DNA from: Octopus bimaculoides
Lineage: Eukaryota
Assembly (NCBI RefSeq): GCF_001194135.2
Contig: NC_068987.1
Location: 17,774,556-17,821,116, forward strand
Reading direction: 5' to 3'
DNA length: 46,561 nt
The translations under genes and the position numbers were made by a program. Under the pieces are notes generated by a model that searched no databases, was not told the origin of the DNA, and saw only the letters and a program-made list of their open reading frames with translations. Shown here piece after piece: positions 35,009 through 46,190 of the stretch; position 1 is the stretch's first letter; every line of letters begins with the position of its first letter.

Positions 35009-35445
35009 TATTGTTTACCGTTATAAAAGAAGGCATCCGTTGTGAGGAGTCGTTTAAATGCAATGTGTAACGCTCAGTCGGAATTTGAGAAGTACAGAGA
35101 TCAAATCTTGGTAGCGATATGCTGACCATTTTTTCCCCGTCTTTAGTGGTATTTTTAACCGATCCTCTAAAATCTTTTATCACAGCTATTCTTCTGCATT
35201 GGAAATTTTTCCTATTTTATGTAAACTATATGTATCGAATGGGGATTTTAATGTCCCCGTTATATAGAAGTGAACCGATTTCCTGAATGAAAACCGTACA
35301 TGCAAACCGAAATTCGAGGGATAATTTGAGTCACAGAGTAAATTTTGCCATTTTGATCTTTGACTCTGGAGATGAACTCGATGTATCTGAACCAGGTGTC
35401 GTTGAAACGCTCGCAATGAAGGATTAAACGTAAGACCATGACATC

Positions 35446-35491
<46 letters not shown>

Positions 35492-36489
35492 NNNNNNNNN
35501 NNNNNNNNNNNNNNNNNNNNNNNNNNNNNNNNNNNNNNNNNNNTACGCTGAAATGAAGCCCACAATCCTTTTTTTTGTCAACTTCTAACAGGAAATCCTT
35601 TATTGTAGTTAATATTCCAATCATTGCTTTTTAACACTACATCCTCTTATAACAAACAGTTCAACACTGATTATGCATGCGTAGTCAGTCGCTATAGTTA
35701 GAGTCGTCGGCATGTACAGTACGCTTTTACAGCGCTTTCATGGAATTAAAACGAACTTCTTCCTGAATAATCATGAGTTCTCTCATCAGATGAAGACAGG
35801 GCGTTAATTCTCCTCACTTGCGTATAGTATTTACTTGTTTGAGATATTGAGGTGACTTGTCATTGCCTTCAACAACTGGATGTCCGTTGACCCACTAAAA
35901 AGAAGCTCATCCGCTCTTCGCCAGGTCTTGTTTTCAGTCCTTGTGACTAGCCATACACCCGCTACACAAGAGTAGCAAGCCACTCAAGAGAGGAAGCCGG
36001 TTTATTCGTCGACCGTTTAACCATGAAACAGGTAGTACTAGTTTACATGGTACTAATAAACAGGTCTCATCAGCCTCAGATGTGACGACAATAGGCATAG
36101 TAGAGAAGCATAATGAGAGATTAAAACGGAAAAAGAGAAATTCAGTTGGGTACGCATGCGCAAGCGAATATCTAGAATTCAATGAACAGATGATATTCAT
36201 CAGGCTACATAATTTAATTAGAACAAATAATAAGCTGTATGTTAATTAATTTATTAAAGCTTCGTGATTTGATTCCCACGTTGGGATTAAAATATAATTC
36301 ATTAGTAAATTAATGTCATAAAACATTTTTTTTCTTTTATCCATTGCTGATATATCTGCTTTTGAGCTTATAAACGTGTGTAGGAATAAATGAGTGTGCG
36401 TGTGTACATATATATATGTATATGTGTGTGTGTGTATATCTGTGTGTGTATACATATGTCTGTATATAGATAGATAGATAGATAGATAC

Positions 36490-36538
<49 letters not shown>

Positions 36539-36643
36539 ATGATAATTGGATAGATAGAGAAATAGACATAAATAGACGGAGAGATATGTATGCTGTGTAT
36601 GCATATATATACACGTATGCATGCATATATGTTTCTATGTATG

Positions 36644-36675
<32 letters not shown>

Positions 36676-37537
36676 NNNNNNNNNNNNNNNNNNNNNNNNN
36701 NNNNNNNNNNNNNNNNNNNNNNNNNNNNNNNNNNNNNNNNNNNNNNNNNNNNNNNNNNNNNNNNNNNNNNNNNNNNNNNNNNNNNNNNNNNNNNNNNNNN
36801 NNNNNNNNNNNNNNNNNNNNNNNNNNNNNNNNNNNNNNNNNNNNNNNNNNNNNNNNNNNNNNNNNNNNNNNNNNNNNNNNNNNNNNNNNNNNNNNNNNNN
36901 NNNNNNNNNNNNNNNNNNNNNNNNNNNNNNNNNNNNNNNNNNNNNNNNNNNNNNNNNNNNNNNNNNNNNNNNNNNNNNNNNNNNNNNNNNNNNNNNNNNN
37001 NNNNNNNNNNNNNNNNNNNNNNNNNNNNNNNNNNNNNNNNNNNNNNNNNNNNNNNNNNNNNNNNNNNNNNNNNNNNNNNNNNNNNNNNNNNNNNNNNNNN
37101 NNNNNNNNNNNNNNNNNATATATATGGGCGTGTGAATATGTGCGCAAGTCCTGATATCTTGTCTTGTATTACCGATTGTAAATTTTAATCCACTTATTAT
37201 TTGCGGGAGCAAAATATTCCTTGAACTGTCAAGGTAGAGAAATTAGTAGAAATACATGAATGCGATTTCTACGATAAAGAAACACCCACGCAAATGCTGC
37301 ATCTTAATTCAATTACAGGTCGTATTTATTCGCTGAGTGTGCTATATATATTATTTGGAACTAGGTTACTGTGTGGCTGAAGCATATCAACGGAAGATAT
37401 TCTCGAATAAACCAGTATGATGAAGATGTACCTATATTCACATTACGCTATATATGTGAGCATGCGTGCCGAGTGTTCGTGTGAAGTATGATACTGATAT
37501 GTGTATGTGTGTGTATATATATCTGATACATATACAG

Positions 37538-37882
37538 AGGCACGTGATGGCGCATGGCTCAGTGGTTAGAGCGTCGAACTTACGATCGTGAGATTGTGAG
37601 TTCGATTTCGAGACCGGATTGCGTGTTCTGTTCTTGAGCAAGACACTTTATTTCACGTTGCTCCATTTCAATCAGCTGTTGAAATGAGTTGTGCCGTCAC
37701 TGGTGCCAAGCTGTATCGGCCCTTGCCTTTCCCTTGGAAAACATCGGTAGTGTGGGGAGGGAAGCTGATATGCATGGGTGACTGGTGGTCTTCCACAAAC
37801 AACCTTGCCTGGACTTCTGCCTCGGAGGGGAACTTTCTAAGTGCAATCTCATGGTCGTTCATGACTGAATGAGTTCACCCTA
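37538..37882 (+). mobile_element. tRNA-derived SINE family C
   Basis: Box A TGGCTCAGTGG (37555-37565), box B GAGTTCGATTTC (37598-37609), conserved-domain-like TTCTTGAGCAAGACACTTTATTTCACGTTGCTCC and a unique 3' body. No intact cloverleaf. Confidence 0.8.
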
Positions 37883-40416
37883 TACANNNNNNNNNNATAT
37901 ATATATGAATGCACCGAATAGCGATTATATAATTCGTTTCAATTATTACCAACGAAAATTGAGACAGTCTTTTTTATTAATTATGTTCTTTGTAACTTTG
38001 TCCCTAAAAATAGTTATTTTGGAGGAAATTAAATAGTGAGTCTGTTAATTGATGGGCAGCGTATGTTAAAATTCATTATGTTTTCGGAAGGAAAGTTATT
38101 AATCACAAGTTTTTTCATATAGTAAAACCTGCGTAATTTCAACGGGTTACACAAGTGTTAATGAATTCTTTGTGGGAGTAATGTTTGTATTGATTTAAGA
38201 CTATCTCTCTTACATTAATTGTATTGTCAATTCAGAGAAAGAGCAGAAGAATCGATATAATTTATTGCAGGAATTTTAAAACATAGAGGTAGAAAATGTT
38301 GATCAAAAACCTGGTCATTATTTATAGTTTAAACTATTCTAGCAGGTCGAAAAACCACATAAAAGGTTTTCCTCTACGATGACTGATCTTTGTCTTCGCT
38401 GATTTCCATAACGACCGTCACTTGCAACTTCCGATATGTTCCGATATGGCAATAGTCACTTCCGGTTGGTTGAAACAAAATGTTTATAACTTCTCTATTA
38501 TTGATTTCTATAAATAAAAAAAAGGAAGAAAAAAACAGGGTGAGATTTTCGTCATCAGCATGATACATCAGAGCTGTATGTCTTGAAAATAATCCGATGA
38601 AAATATGAAAAAATTCAAGTAGCTGGAAAATTTAATATTTTACCCATACAATAAGTGGTATAGTTTAACTATGTGGCGGATTAAGTCCTCATTGACATAA
38701 TGAACCGCGAAGTTTAGTTTTTGTCATGATTGCAGTCTTCTATTCCAAACAGGTAATGAATATGTAATCGATTGAAAAGCAAACTCAAGGTCATACACAA
38801 AGTCATAATTCCAGAGGCAACCAGAAAATCTGGGTTAGAGCTACTCGAGACATTTATTGTCTTCTTCTTTACGCTTATATACTGTCCGTTTAATGACTAT
38901 ATCTAGGTACAATATATAAAATGTCACGTTTGTTTTCTTAGAAGGTTCAAGCATACTAAAGAAATTCAAATCAGGTTAAATATGTGACATTAATAAGGAC
39001 ACACCCTCAGAGTATAAAAGAAAACAGCCAGTAATTTTAAGTGAGTTTTCATTTGCTGGATAACAGCGTATAATGCCAAGTGTTCAAACATACTTCACCA
39101 TACGTACTCTTCAAATTGCCATTAGGAGAAACACTATCCAGAGAGCTGCTACTCGGAAGGCGGTACCTCTCGTAGTTACATGAATGAATATTTTGTAGTA
39201 GTTATTTTTCCGTGCAAAACAATTATCGAGACGAGTCAATAAAAAAGAAAAGAATCAGATTTGAAGTAGTAACGTATATACAGTGATTCATACAAATTAC
39301 ATCTAGTAGCCAGAAACTCTTGAAGCAAAATCGATGCAACACGCTGAAAAATATATACACATACACACACGTATATGTATCAANNNNNNNNNNTGGGCTT
39401 ATCATAATAAAGTCTATGTTTACACTTCAAAATACAATAACACCAAAACCAACGAAATTTAAAGTGCAGCCTAAAACTAATTAAAGTATCTTAGAAAGTA
39501 TTTCGTTAAGTATTGATTACTTTACAGCTTTTTGATTCTTCAGTACAATTTATTCGGTCAGTAGCAATCATTGCTTGTGGTTGCTGTTGTTGTTGTTGTT
39601 GTTGCTGTTCTTGTATTTATTGTTGCTTGTATTGTGTTGTTGTTTTTGTACTAGATCGTCTTATATGTGGTTTGGAAAACCTATTTGTGAAATATGTTCC
39701 TTTGGTGAATCTCTCCCATGTTCTGTTTGATCTGAGCTTTTTTTTTTTTTTTTTTTTCAATTATCCACGAAGACATTGTCAAATGAATGTATGATTGTAC
39801 TCTGTTTGAGGAAATACATTATAACTATGAGACGAATATTGTAAATGTACCTGCCGCAGTTGTTGGTGATGCTACCATTGTTTAGATTAGTAGGTTTCTC
39901 GTAGGTCTATGATGTTCCAGACATAACTGGACTATATNNNNNNNNNNNNNNNNNNNNNNNNNNNNNNNNNNNNNNNNNNNNNNNNNNNNNNNNNNNNNNN
40001 NNNNNNNNNNNNNNNNNNNNNNNNNNNNNNNNNNNNNNNNNNNNNNNNNNNNNNNNNNNNNNNNNNNNNNNNNNNNNNNNNNNNNNNNNNNNNNNNNNNN
40101 NNNNNNNNNNNNNNNNNNNNNNNNNNNNNNNNNNNNNNNNNNNNNNNNNNNNNNNNNNNNNNNNNNNNNNNNNNNNNNNNNNNNNNNNNNNNNNNNNNNN
40201 NNNNNNNNNNNNNNNNNNNNNNNNNNNNNNNNNNNNNNNNNNNNNNNNNNNNNNNNNNNNNNNNNNNNNNNNNNNNNNNNNNNNNNNNNNNNNNNNNNNN
40301 NNNNNNNNNNNNNNNNNNNNNNNNNNNNNNNNNNNNNNNNNNNNNNNNNNNNNNNNNNNNNNNNNNNNNNNNNNNNNNNNNNNNNNNNNNTATATATATA
40401 CACATATATATATGTA

Positions 40417-40648
40417 TATTGGGTTGTCCGGAAAGTTCGTGCCGATTTTTAAAGGAAAGAAAAAGATCAATAAATAAGTGCCATTACATTTTTAATCAAC
40501 CAAATATGAACCAATTTGTTGCAAACTACGTCTCCATATTTCGTTTAACTTGAAAATAGCCTCTTCCCAGAATTGAGATGGTTTCATGGCAAATAAGTCG
40601 AAAGGTAGGCTACTATAAACCGGCACGAATTTTCCGGACAACCCAATA
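40417..40648 (-). mobile_element. Mariner-derived MITE (228 bp plus TA target duplication)
   Basis: 26-bp TIRs TTGGGTTGTCCGGAAA(G/A)TTCGTGCCG at 40419-40444 and 40621-40646 with one mismatch, TA on both sides. The interior on the minus strand reads DLFAMKPSQFWEEAIFKLNEIWRRSLQQIGSYLVD*, like a mariner transposase C-terminus. Confidence 0.9.
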
Positions 40649-41244
40649 TATATCAGTAAAATCTAGGATGTTATGGAATCATTTGAGTAAGATTTCTCTG
40701 TTATTTCTAGCAGAACAGACGTGTTGTGGCTTGAAGTATGCTGAAGTTGTTGCCGCCGAGATGATGACAGTGGAGGTGTTTTTGTTTTTGGCTACAGGTT
40801 CCAGTGCATTCATTTGACCGGCTGGGGCGTTATAATGTTGGCATGACGGCCTTGCATCTTTGGATGCCTTTAGTTAAAGCTTATTAGTTGCAAGTATTTG
40901 GATCTGGTCCTTGCTTTGAGGATAACTCTTTTCTTCTTTCTAGTCATTCGTGGAGACACAGGAATTATTCATGGTTATTATTTCCTTCGTCATAACTAAA
41001 CAATGAAAAAAAATGACTAAATAAATATTGTGTCTTTCGAAAATGGCCGCTGACCAAAATAAGCTAATATTGGTTTTATTTAAACATAGATTTTTTACTC
41101 CCGTTTATTTATACATTTATAGTTTATAATAAACATATTCTTTTGATATCCTTATTTGACAAGTGATGTTTATGTGAGATCGTTTGTTAAAACTAAAAGT
41201 GATTCATCGTACTATTCCCACAGTGGTAACTTAAAATATACAAA

Positions 41245-41292
<48 letters not shown>

Positions 41293-42359
41293 ATGAATGT
41301 CCAATATATGTTATACACACATTTATTTTATTAATGTTCAGTAATATATTTTCATATCCACGTTTATATCACGCTTCGTTCGGCTGTATATGTTACTATG
41401 TACCAAAGACATATGTGGCTAAAAGATAGCGGTTGGGGATGTGTGTTTATTGCTCGTAACATCATAAGATCAATTTCGGATTTGGTGACCACCAAGGCTT
41501 GCCATAGTTAGAATAACTGCTATCAGGCTCCCTTTAGATCGAGATCTTCATTATCTTTTACATCCGCTTTATTACCCTCACTTCCCATAAGGAATCAGTT
41601 TATTGATTTTTCACCCCAAATAGGACTTAACCGAACACAATATTGCTGATTGAAAAACATCTATATTTATACTTTAAAGTTGGTTTTCACACCCAACCCA
41701 GTTCTGTAGAATTAGTTTCCGGACGGGAGCGCATGGGTTGAGAGTTTGATCGGCAAAGGTGATCAGGTGGCACATGCCAGCCCTTTGAAAACACCACCCC
41801 ATCATCTAACCCCTCCCCTTTGCCCATGGGTTGGGAACCCTTCGAGCAAGGAAAATAGAATGCCCAAAAAGGCTCCCGATTCTCTGTGTCAGAAGCGGTT
41901 ACGTTGAGATCACAATTAAGTCTTAAGTATATATATATATATATGTATATGGGCAACACACACACACACAAATACACACATACACGTACGTACACCTATT
42001 GCATATATATTTTTTGTACGCATACATGTTCGTGTATGTATGTGCGTATGGGTGTGTGTGCGTGTTGTCCGTATGTCAACAAAGCACATTTTTCCTCGAT
42101 GGAAAAGAAAAAAAACAAAAGTCTTTAGAAAAACTTACTCATCAGTACAAGGGGACTTAACTCTTGTTTCTAAACAATGGTGATTTCTCCTACTTGAAAA
42201 TTGTTAAAAGCTTTGGTTGAAAATTTATTTCTACTGCTATTCGCTGGTATCTCTGGAAAAAAATAAATTGACGAAAATACAGCTAGGGTCATGACGAATG
42301 TCCTCCTAAAATTGGAGTGACATGCGTGCTGATTTGTGGACGGGCATAAATTACATTCA

Positions 42360-42398
<39 letters not shown>

Positions 42399-43062
42399 CC
42401 TGCCTTTTATATATACAGATAATAATAAAAGGGTAAAATTAATTAATTATTTAATTAACCAATTAATTAATTAATAATTATCAATTTTACCAAGTAGTTC
42501 GGTATGTTAAAATAGCCTTTTTAGGTAAATTTATACAAACATTCTATAATTATAAACATAATTATAATCGGTTATGCGATGACGCTTGATAGCATATATA
42601 TTAATCTTAACACTCTCAAATTTATATTTCGAAATGTTGCACTGAAGATGGGAAATAAGTAAGTAAATATAACTTTATTTTAATCTCGAAATGCATAATC
42701 TTTATCGTGTAACTAATCTGAGTCGTGTGGATTCGTTATTTTATTTTTTTTTTCTTTGCCTACGTAAAAAAAAGTGTGTTACTGTCTGGGAGATTTTTAT
42801 GGTAGTAGAAATGGCATTTTAACTCCTATTTCTAAATTCGGTGCGTGGCGAAGCAATTAGCTGATCCCGGATTATTATTATGTTTATAATTATAGAAAGT
42901 TCGTATATATATATATATGTGTATATATATATATANNNNNNNNNNNNNNNNNTTCCATTCCATAAACTTTACAACCGGAATGAAATTGAAAGAAAATGCA
43001 AAGAAAAGGACTTTATTAAGAAATTCAAACCCACTCTTAACAAACAATGATTAAATCCATCT

Positions 43063-43283
43063 TACTTGGGGATTAAAAATCTTATCCCTGTAACCAAAAC
43101 ACAAAAAATCTCTCAGATATCATCATTTCTATAAATAGATTTGGCATCATTTCTAAGAACAGCCAAACACCTACTGGGGTTTAAAAATCTTATCCCTACA
43201 ACCCACACAAAACAATAAATTAAAATATCATCATTTCTAAAAATAGATTTGACATCAATTCTAAAAATAGCCAAACACCTACT
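43063..43283 (+). repeat. Two-copy tandem duplication of about 109 bp
   Basis: TACT(T)GGGG(A/T)TTAAAAATCTTATCCCT...ATATCATCATTTCTA.AAATAGATTTG.CATCA.TTCTAA.AA.AGCCAAACACC starts at 43063 and 43172. TACTG recurs at 43280. Confidence 0.95.
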
Positions 43284-43689
43284 GCTGCCGTCCAAAGGAA
43301 TTGGTATAAAAGACAGAAAACCAGCATCTTTTCCGTTAATAATTGTTTCTCCTAAGTGTCAATTTAGAGAGCTGAAGAAGTAAATTGTGGTAATATTATG
43401 CACAAGTACTGCTCTCGTACTACAAGCTTACTAGACAAACTTTGAGCACTGGCAAAATGACTTACTGTACGTTGTTACATCCATTTTTAGTTGAAAGTAT
43501 TTCTTCTCGAGTATGTAAAATAAAAACTAATCAGATACTAATATCGATTTAATCGATTGTCTGCATCCATTATATTTTATGAGTTTTCCGAAAGTTTAGA
43601 AGTATATTAAATATACATCACAAGAAATATATGATACCTTAATTTATAATATTTAATGAATATAATATATAATATATTGATATAGTAGG

Positions 43690-43930
43690 TGCAGAATAGC
43701 CACATGGTTAAGATTTTGGTTCGCAACCTCGCATCTTAGAGAAGACGCAGGCGTGGATGTGTGTAAGCGCTGTTGTGGTTGTGTGGTAAAAAGCTAGCTT
43801 CCTAACCACTTGGTTCTAGGTTCAGTCCCACTTCGTGACACTTCGAGCAAGTGCTTCCTAATATGACCCCGAACCGACCAAAGCGTTATGAGTGTACTTG
43901 GTAGACAGAAACTGAAAGAAGGCCATCATA
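43690..43930 (+). mobile_element. SINE family B 5' half, with a possible extra degraded head
   Basis: GGTTGTGTGGTAAAAAGCTAGCTTCCTAACCAC.TGGTTC.AGGTTCAGTCCCACT...CCGACCAAAGC.TT.TGAGTG.A.TTGGTAGAC.GAAACTGAAAGAAG. Confidence 0.8.
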
Positions 43931-44477
43931 TATGTCTGTATTTGTGTGTCTGTATTAGTGTGTGCTTGTGTATGAGTGTGTGTTAGTGTGTTTGTGTGAG
44001 AGAGAGAGAGAGAGGGGGGTTGTGTGAAGAAAAGAAACAGGTAGAAAGAAAAGCGTGGGTGACAGAGAGTAGAGCGGGACATAATGACGACTGAGAAAAA
44101 ATGTGAGGCTGAAAGACAAAGTGAAATTGCCCCTCGCCATAACGTGATCGTTTTAAAAATACCAGCCAAATGGCTAAAAAAATGTTGTTGTTTTTTTTTT
44201 CCACGATTCCAGTTTGCAAAACATTCCCTTCTCCAGCTGTTAGAAAAGCAACATTTGCAGCACAGAAAAATGAATATATCAGCACAATTATTTCCACTTC
44301 CTCGTAATCCATTTCCACTGGAATAGAAGGTAAAATTTTTTGGTCTCCCCAACGCTTATATCGTATGTGAACTATCGAAAATTATCTGCTAACAAGGATC
44401 AAAATGTAAAATTATGATGAAAACCTTCAGACGTATATTTGCATGGTCAGATTGGGGTTTATTTCTGTCAGTGAAAC

Positions 44478-44612
44478 ATTTATTTTGTCGACCCGGAAAT
44501 GATAAAAGGCAAAGTCGACCTCGGTGAAATTTGAACTCGGAACGTAAAGGTGGACAAAATGCCGGTAGGCATTTTCCCCGGCGTACTAATAATTCTGCTA
44601 TTTCGTCGGCTT
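44478..44612 (-). mobile_element. SINE family A, 5' half
   Basis: AAAGGCAAAGTCGACCTCGGTGAAATTTGAACTCGGAACGTAAAG...GCATTTTCCCCGGCGT.CTAA.AATTCTGC. Confidence 0.8.
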
Positions 44613-44638
44613 TGAATATCTGAGATTGATATCATCTT

Positions 44639-44845
44639 AAAGGCGGTAAAATCGTTAGCACGCCGGGCGAAATGCTTCACAGAATTTCGTACGTCATTAC
44701 GTTTTGAGGTCAAATTCTACCGAGGTCAACTTTGCCTTTCATTTTTTTCAGGGTCGTTAAAATAAGTACCATTTGAGTATCATGGTCGATGTAATCGACT
44801 TAACCCCTCCCCTGAAATTCTTGGCCTTGTGACACAATTTGAAAT
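44639..44845 (+). mobile_element. SINE family A
   Basis: AAAGGCGG..AAATCGTTAGCACGCCGGGCGAAATGCTT...CAAATTCTACCGAGGTCAACTTTGCCTTTCAT...AAAATAAGTACC...GTCGATGTAATCGACTTAACCCCTCCCC. Confidence 0.85.
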
Positions 44846-44863
44846 AAATATTGATTTCATTCT

Positions 44864-45050
44864 AAGGCGGCGAGCTGGCAAAATCGTTAGCACGTCGGGC
44901 AGAATGCTTAGCGGCATTTCGTCCCTCTTCAAGTTCTGGGTTCAAATTCTGCCGAGGTTGACTATAACTTTCATCGCCAAGAGGTCGATAAAATAAGTAC
45001 CTGTTGTGTAGTGGTGTCGATGTCATCGACTTAACTTCTCCCCAGAAATT
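44864..45050 (+). mobile_element. SINE family A, tandem with the previous copy
   Basis: AAGGCGGCGAGCTGGCAAAATCGTTAGCACG...GGGTTCAAATTCTGCCGAGGTTGACT...GTCGATAAAATAAGTACC. Confidence 0.85.
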
Positions 45051-45179
45051 ACTGATTTCATCTTAAACAAGCAAAACTTCCTCACAGTGACAGTGTATAT
45101 CAAGGAATTGCTATGACTCAGTACATACTTTCACAGTTAAGTTGAAAAACTAATAATAACTAATGTATTTGTCATGAGA

Positions 45180-45460
45180 AAGGGAAACGACGGTAACACG
45201 ATTCGACATATCGAACACTTCTTCAACATTTCAGAGGGTCAACCTTAAGCCAATCGAGTCGGCCATCATATCGCTTATGGTTGAGTTTATTCAAAGTCCG
45301 CCATGTTGAATACATTCCTGAAATACGTCATTCATTTATTGTTTTTATTCCTAAACAATGCGGCTAAGTATTCTTAAAGCGGTATGTAAATATGAACGGT
45401 CGCGAATTAAAGTGGACGATAATATTAATATTGACGAGTCTTGATCATACACGAGGACAA
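45180..45460 (-). promoter_or_regulatory. Candidate CpG-retaining promoter with a YY1-type motif
   Basis: Locally CpG-rich, non-repeat sequence. AACATGGCGG lies on the minus strand (45308-45299), matching YY1-type AANATGGCG, with TGACGT just upstream. No transcript evidence. Confidence 0.3.
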
Positions 45461-45789
45461 TTATGGCCGAATGAATTAGTCTGTATATATTGATACAGCT
45501 TTGTTTTGTCGTCGGTTGTGCAATGACAGTCAGAATAGAGCTTAACATTATACGAACAGCGACAAAAACTCTATAGAAATAAATACTGTTAAACAAAGTA
45601 GTCAGATTCTCTTCCCTGTCGGCAACAAGGCGGCGGCGAATGGTAGAATTCTATGCTATATTTTTCTGGCTCACTGCGCTCCGAATTCGACTCCTGGCAT
45701 TCTCCTCTTCACTTTTCGTCCATTTGCAGTTTATCAATAAAATACCAGGGTAGCTCTGAAGTCGATTTCTATCACTGAACCTGGTCTCT

Positions 45790-46190
45790 GTTTCTCTCTC
45801 CCGAACTCTTCTTTCTGTTTTTTTCTTTCACTCATATTTCTCTATCACTCACTCTTCGGTTCGTCTTTAGTACTCTTCTCTCTGTTATTGTGTCACTCTC
45901 TTACGAATTTTTTTTTTCTCTCAATCTTCTTTATGTCTATCTTTCGCTTTTCTGTCTCTTTTCATCACTCTCTGTCACTCACTACCTTACTCTACTCTAT
46001 GTCCCCCATGCTTTTGTTTTTCCTACCGCTCTCACTTTTCTCTCTCTCTTTCTCTCTCTCACTCTCTCTCACTTTCTCTCTCACTCTCTCTTTCTCTCTC
46101 ACTCTCTCTTTCTCTCTCTCACTCTCTCTCTCTCTCTCTCTCCCTCTCTCTCTCTATCTCTCTCTCACTCTCTCACTCTCTCTCTCTGTT
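45790..46190 (+). repeat. Long pyrimidine-rich (CT)n/(CACT) degenerate microsatellite
   Basis: Directly visible. It explains the S/L-rich ORFs at 45888-46348. Confidence 0.9.

Larger units (their letters stand above)
1758..42952. other. 20 assembly gaps (N runs), about 5.8 kb in total
   Basis: 1758-2570, 5402-6102, 6971-7417, 8744-9033, 10509-10642, 12817-13331, 14347-14585, 15599-15620, 19952-20158, 25176-25320, 26448-26659, 30558-30829, 31447-31655, 32539-33197, 35492-35543, 36676-37117, 37887-37896, 39384-39393, 39938-40390, 42936-42952. Confidence 0.99.

Noticed and set aside
3345-37620. tRNA genes at 3345-3420, 17558-17625 and 37545-37620
   Set aside because: Box A and box B are present, but there is no acceptor stem or complete cloverleaf and each continues into a SINE body.
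1696-40470. Long ORFs in the supplied track that run through X stretches
   Set aside because: They are open only because N runs contain no stop codons.
40650-40960. Higher-GC patch after the mariner MITE
   Set aside because: Frames are interrupted by stops and show no motif. Likely an unclassified repeat fragment.
43858-44352. Overlapping ORFs, including a hydrophobic MDYEEVEIIVLIYSFF.. start
   Set aside because: They run into microsatellite and SINE sequence, have no good donor and show no homology. Only the acceptor was kept as a hint.
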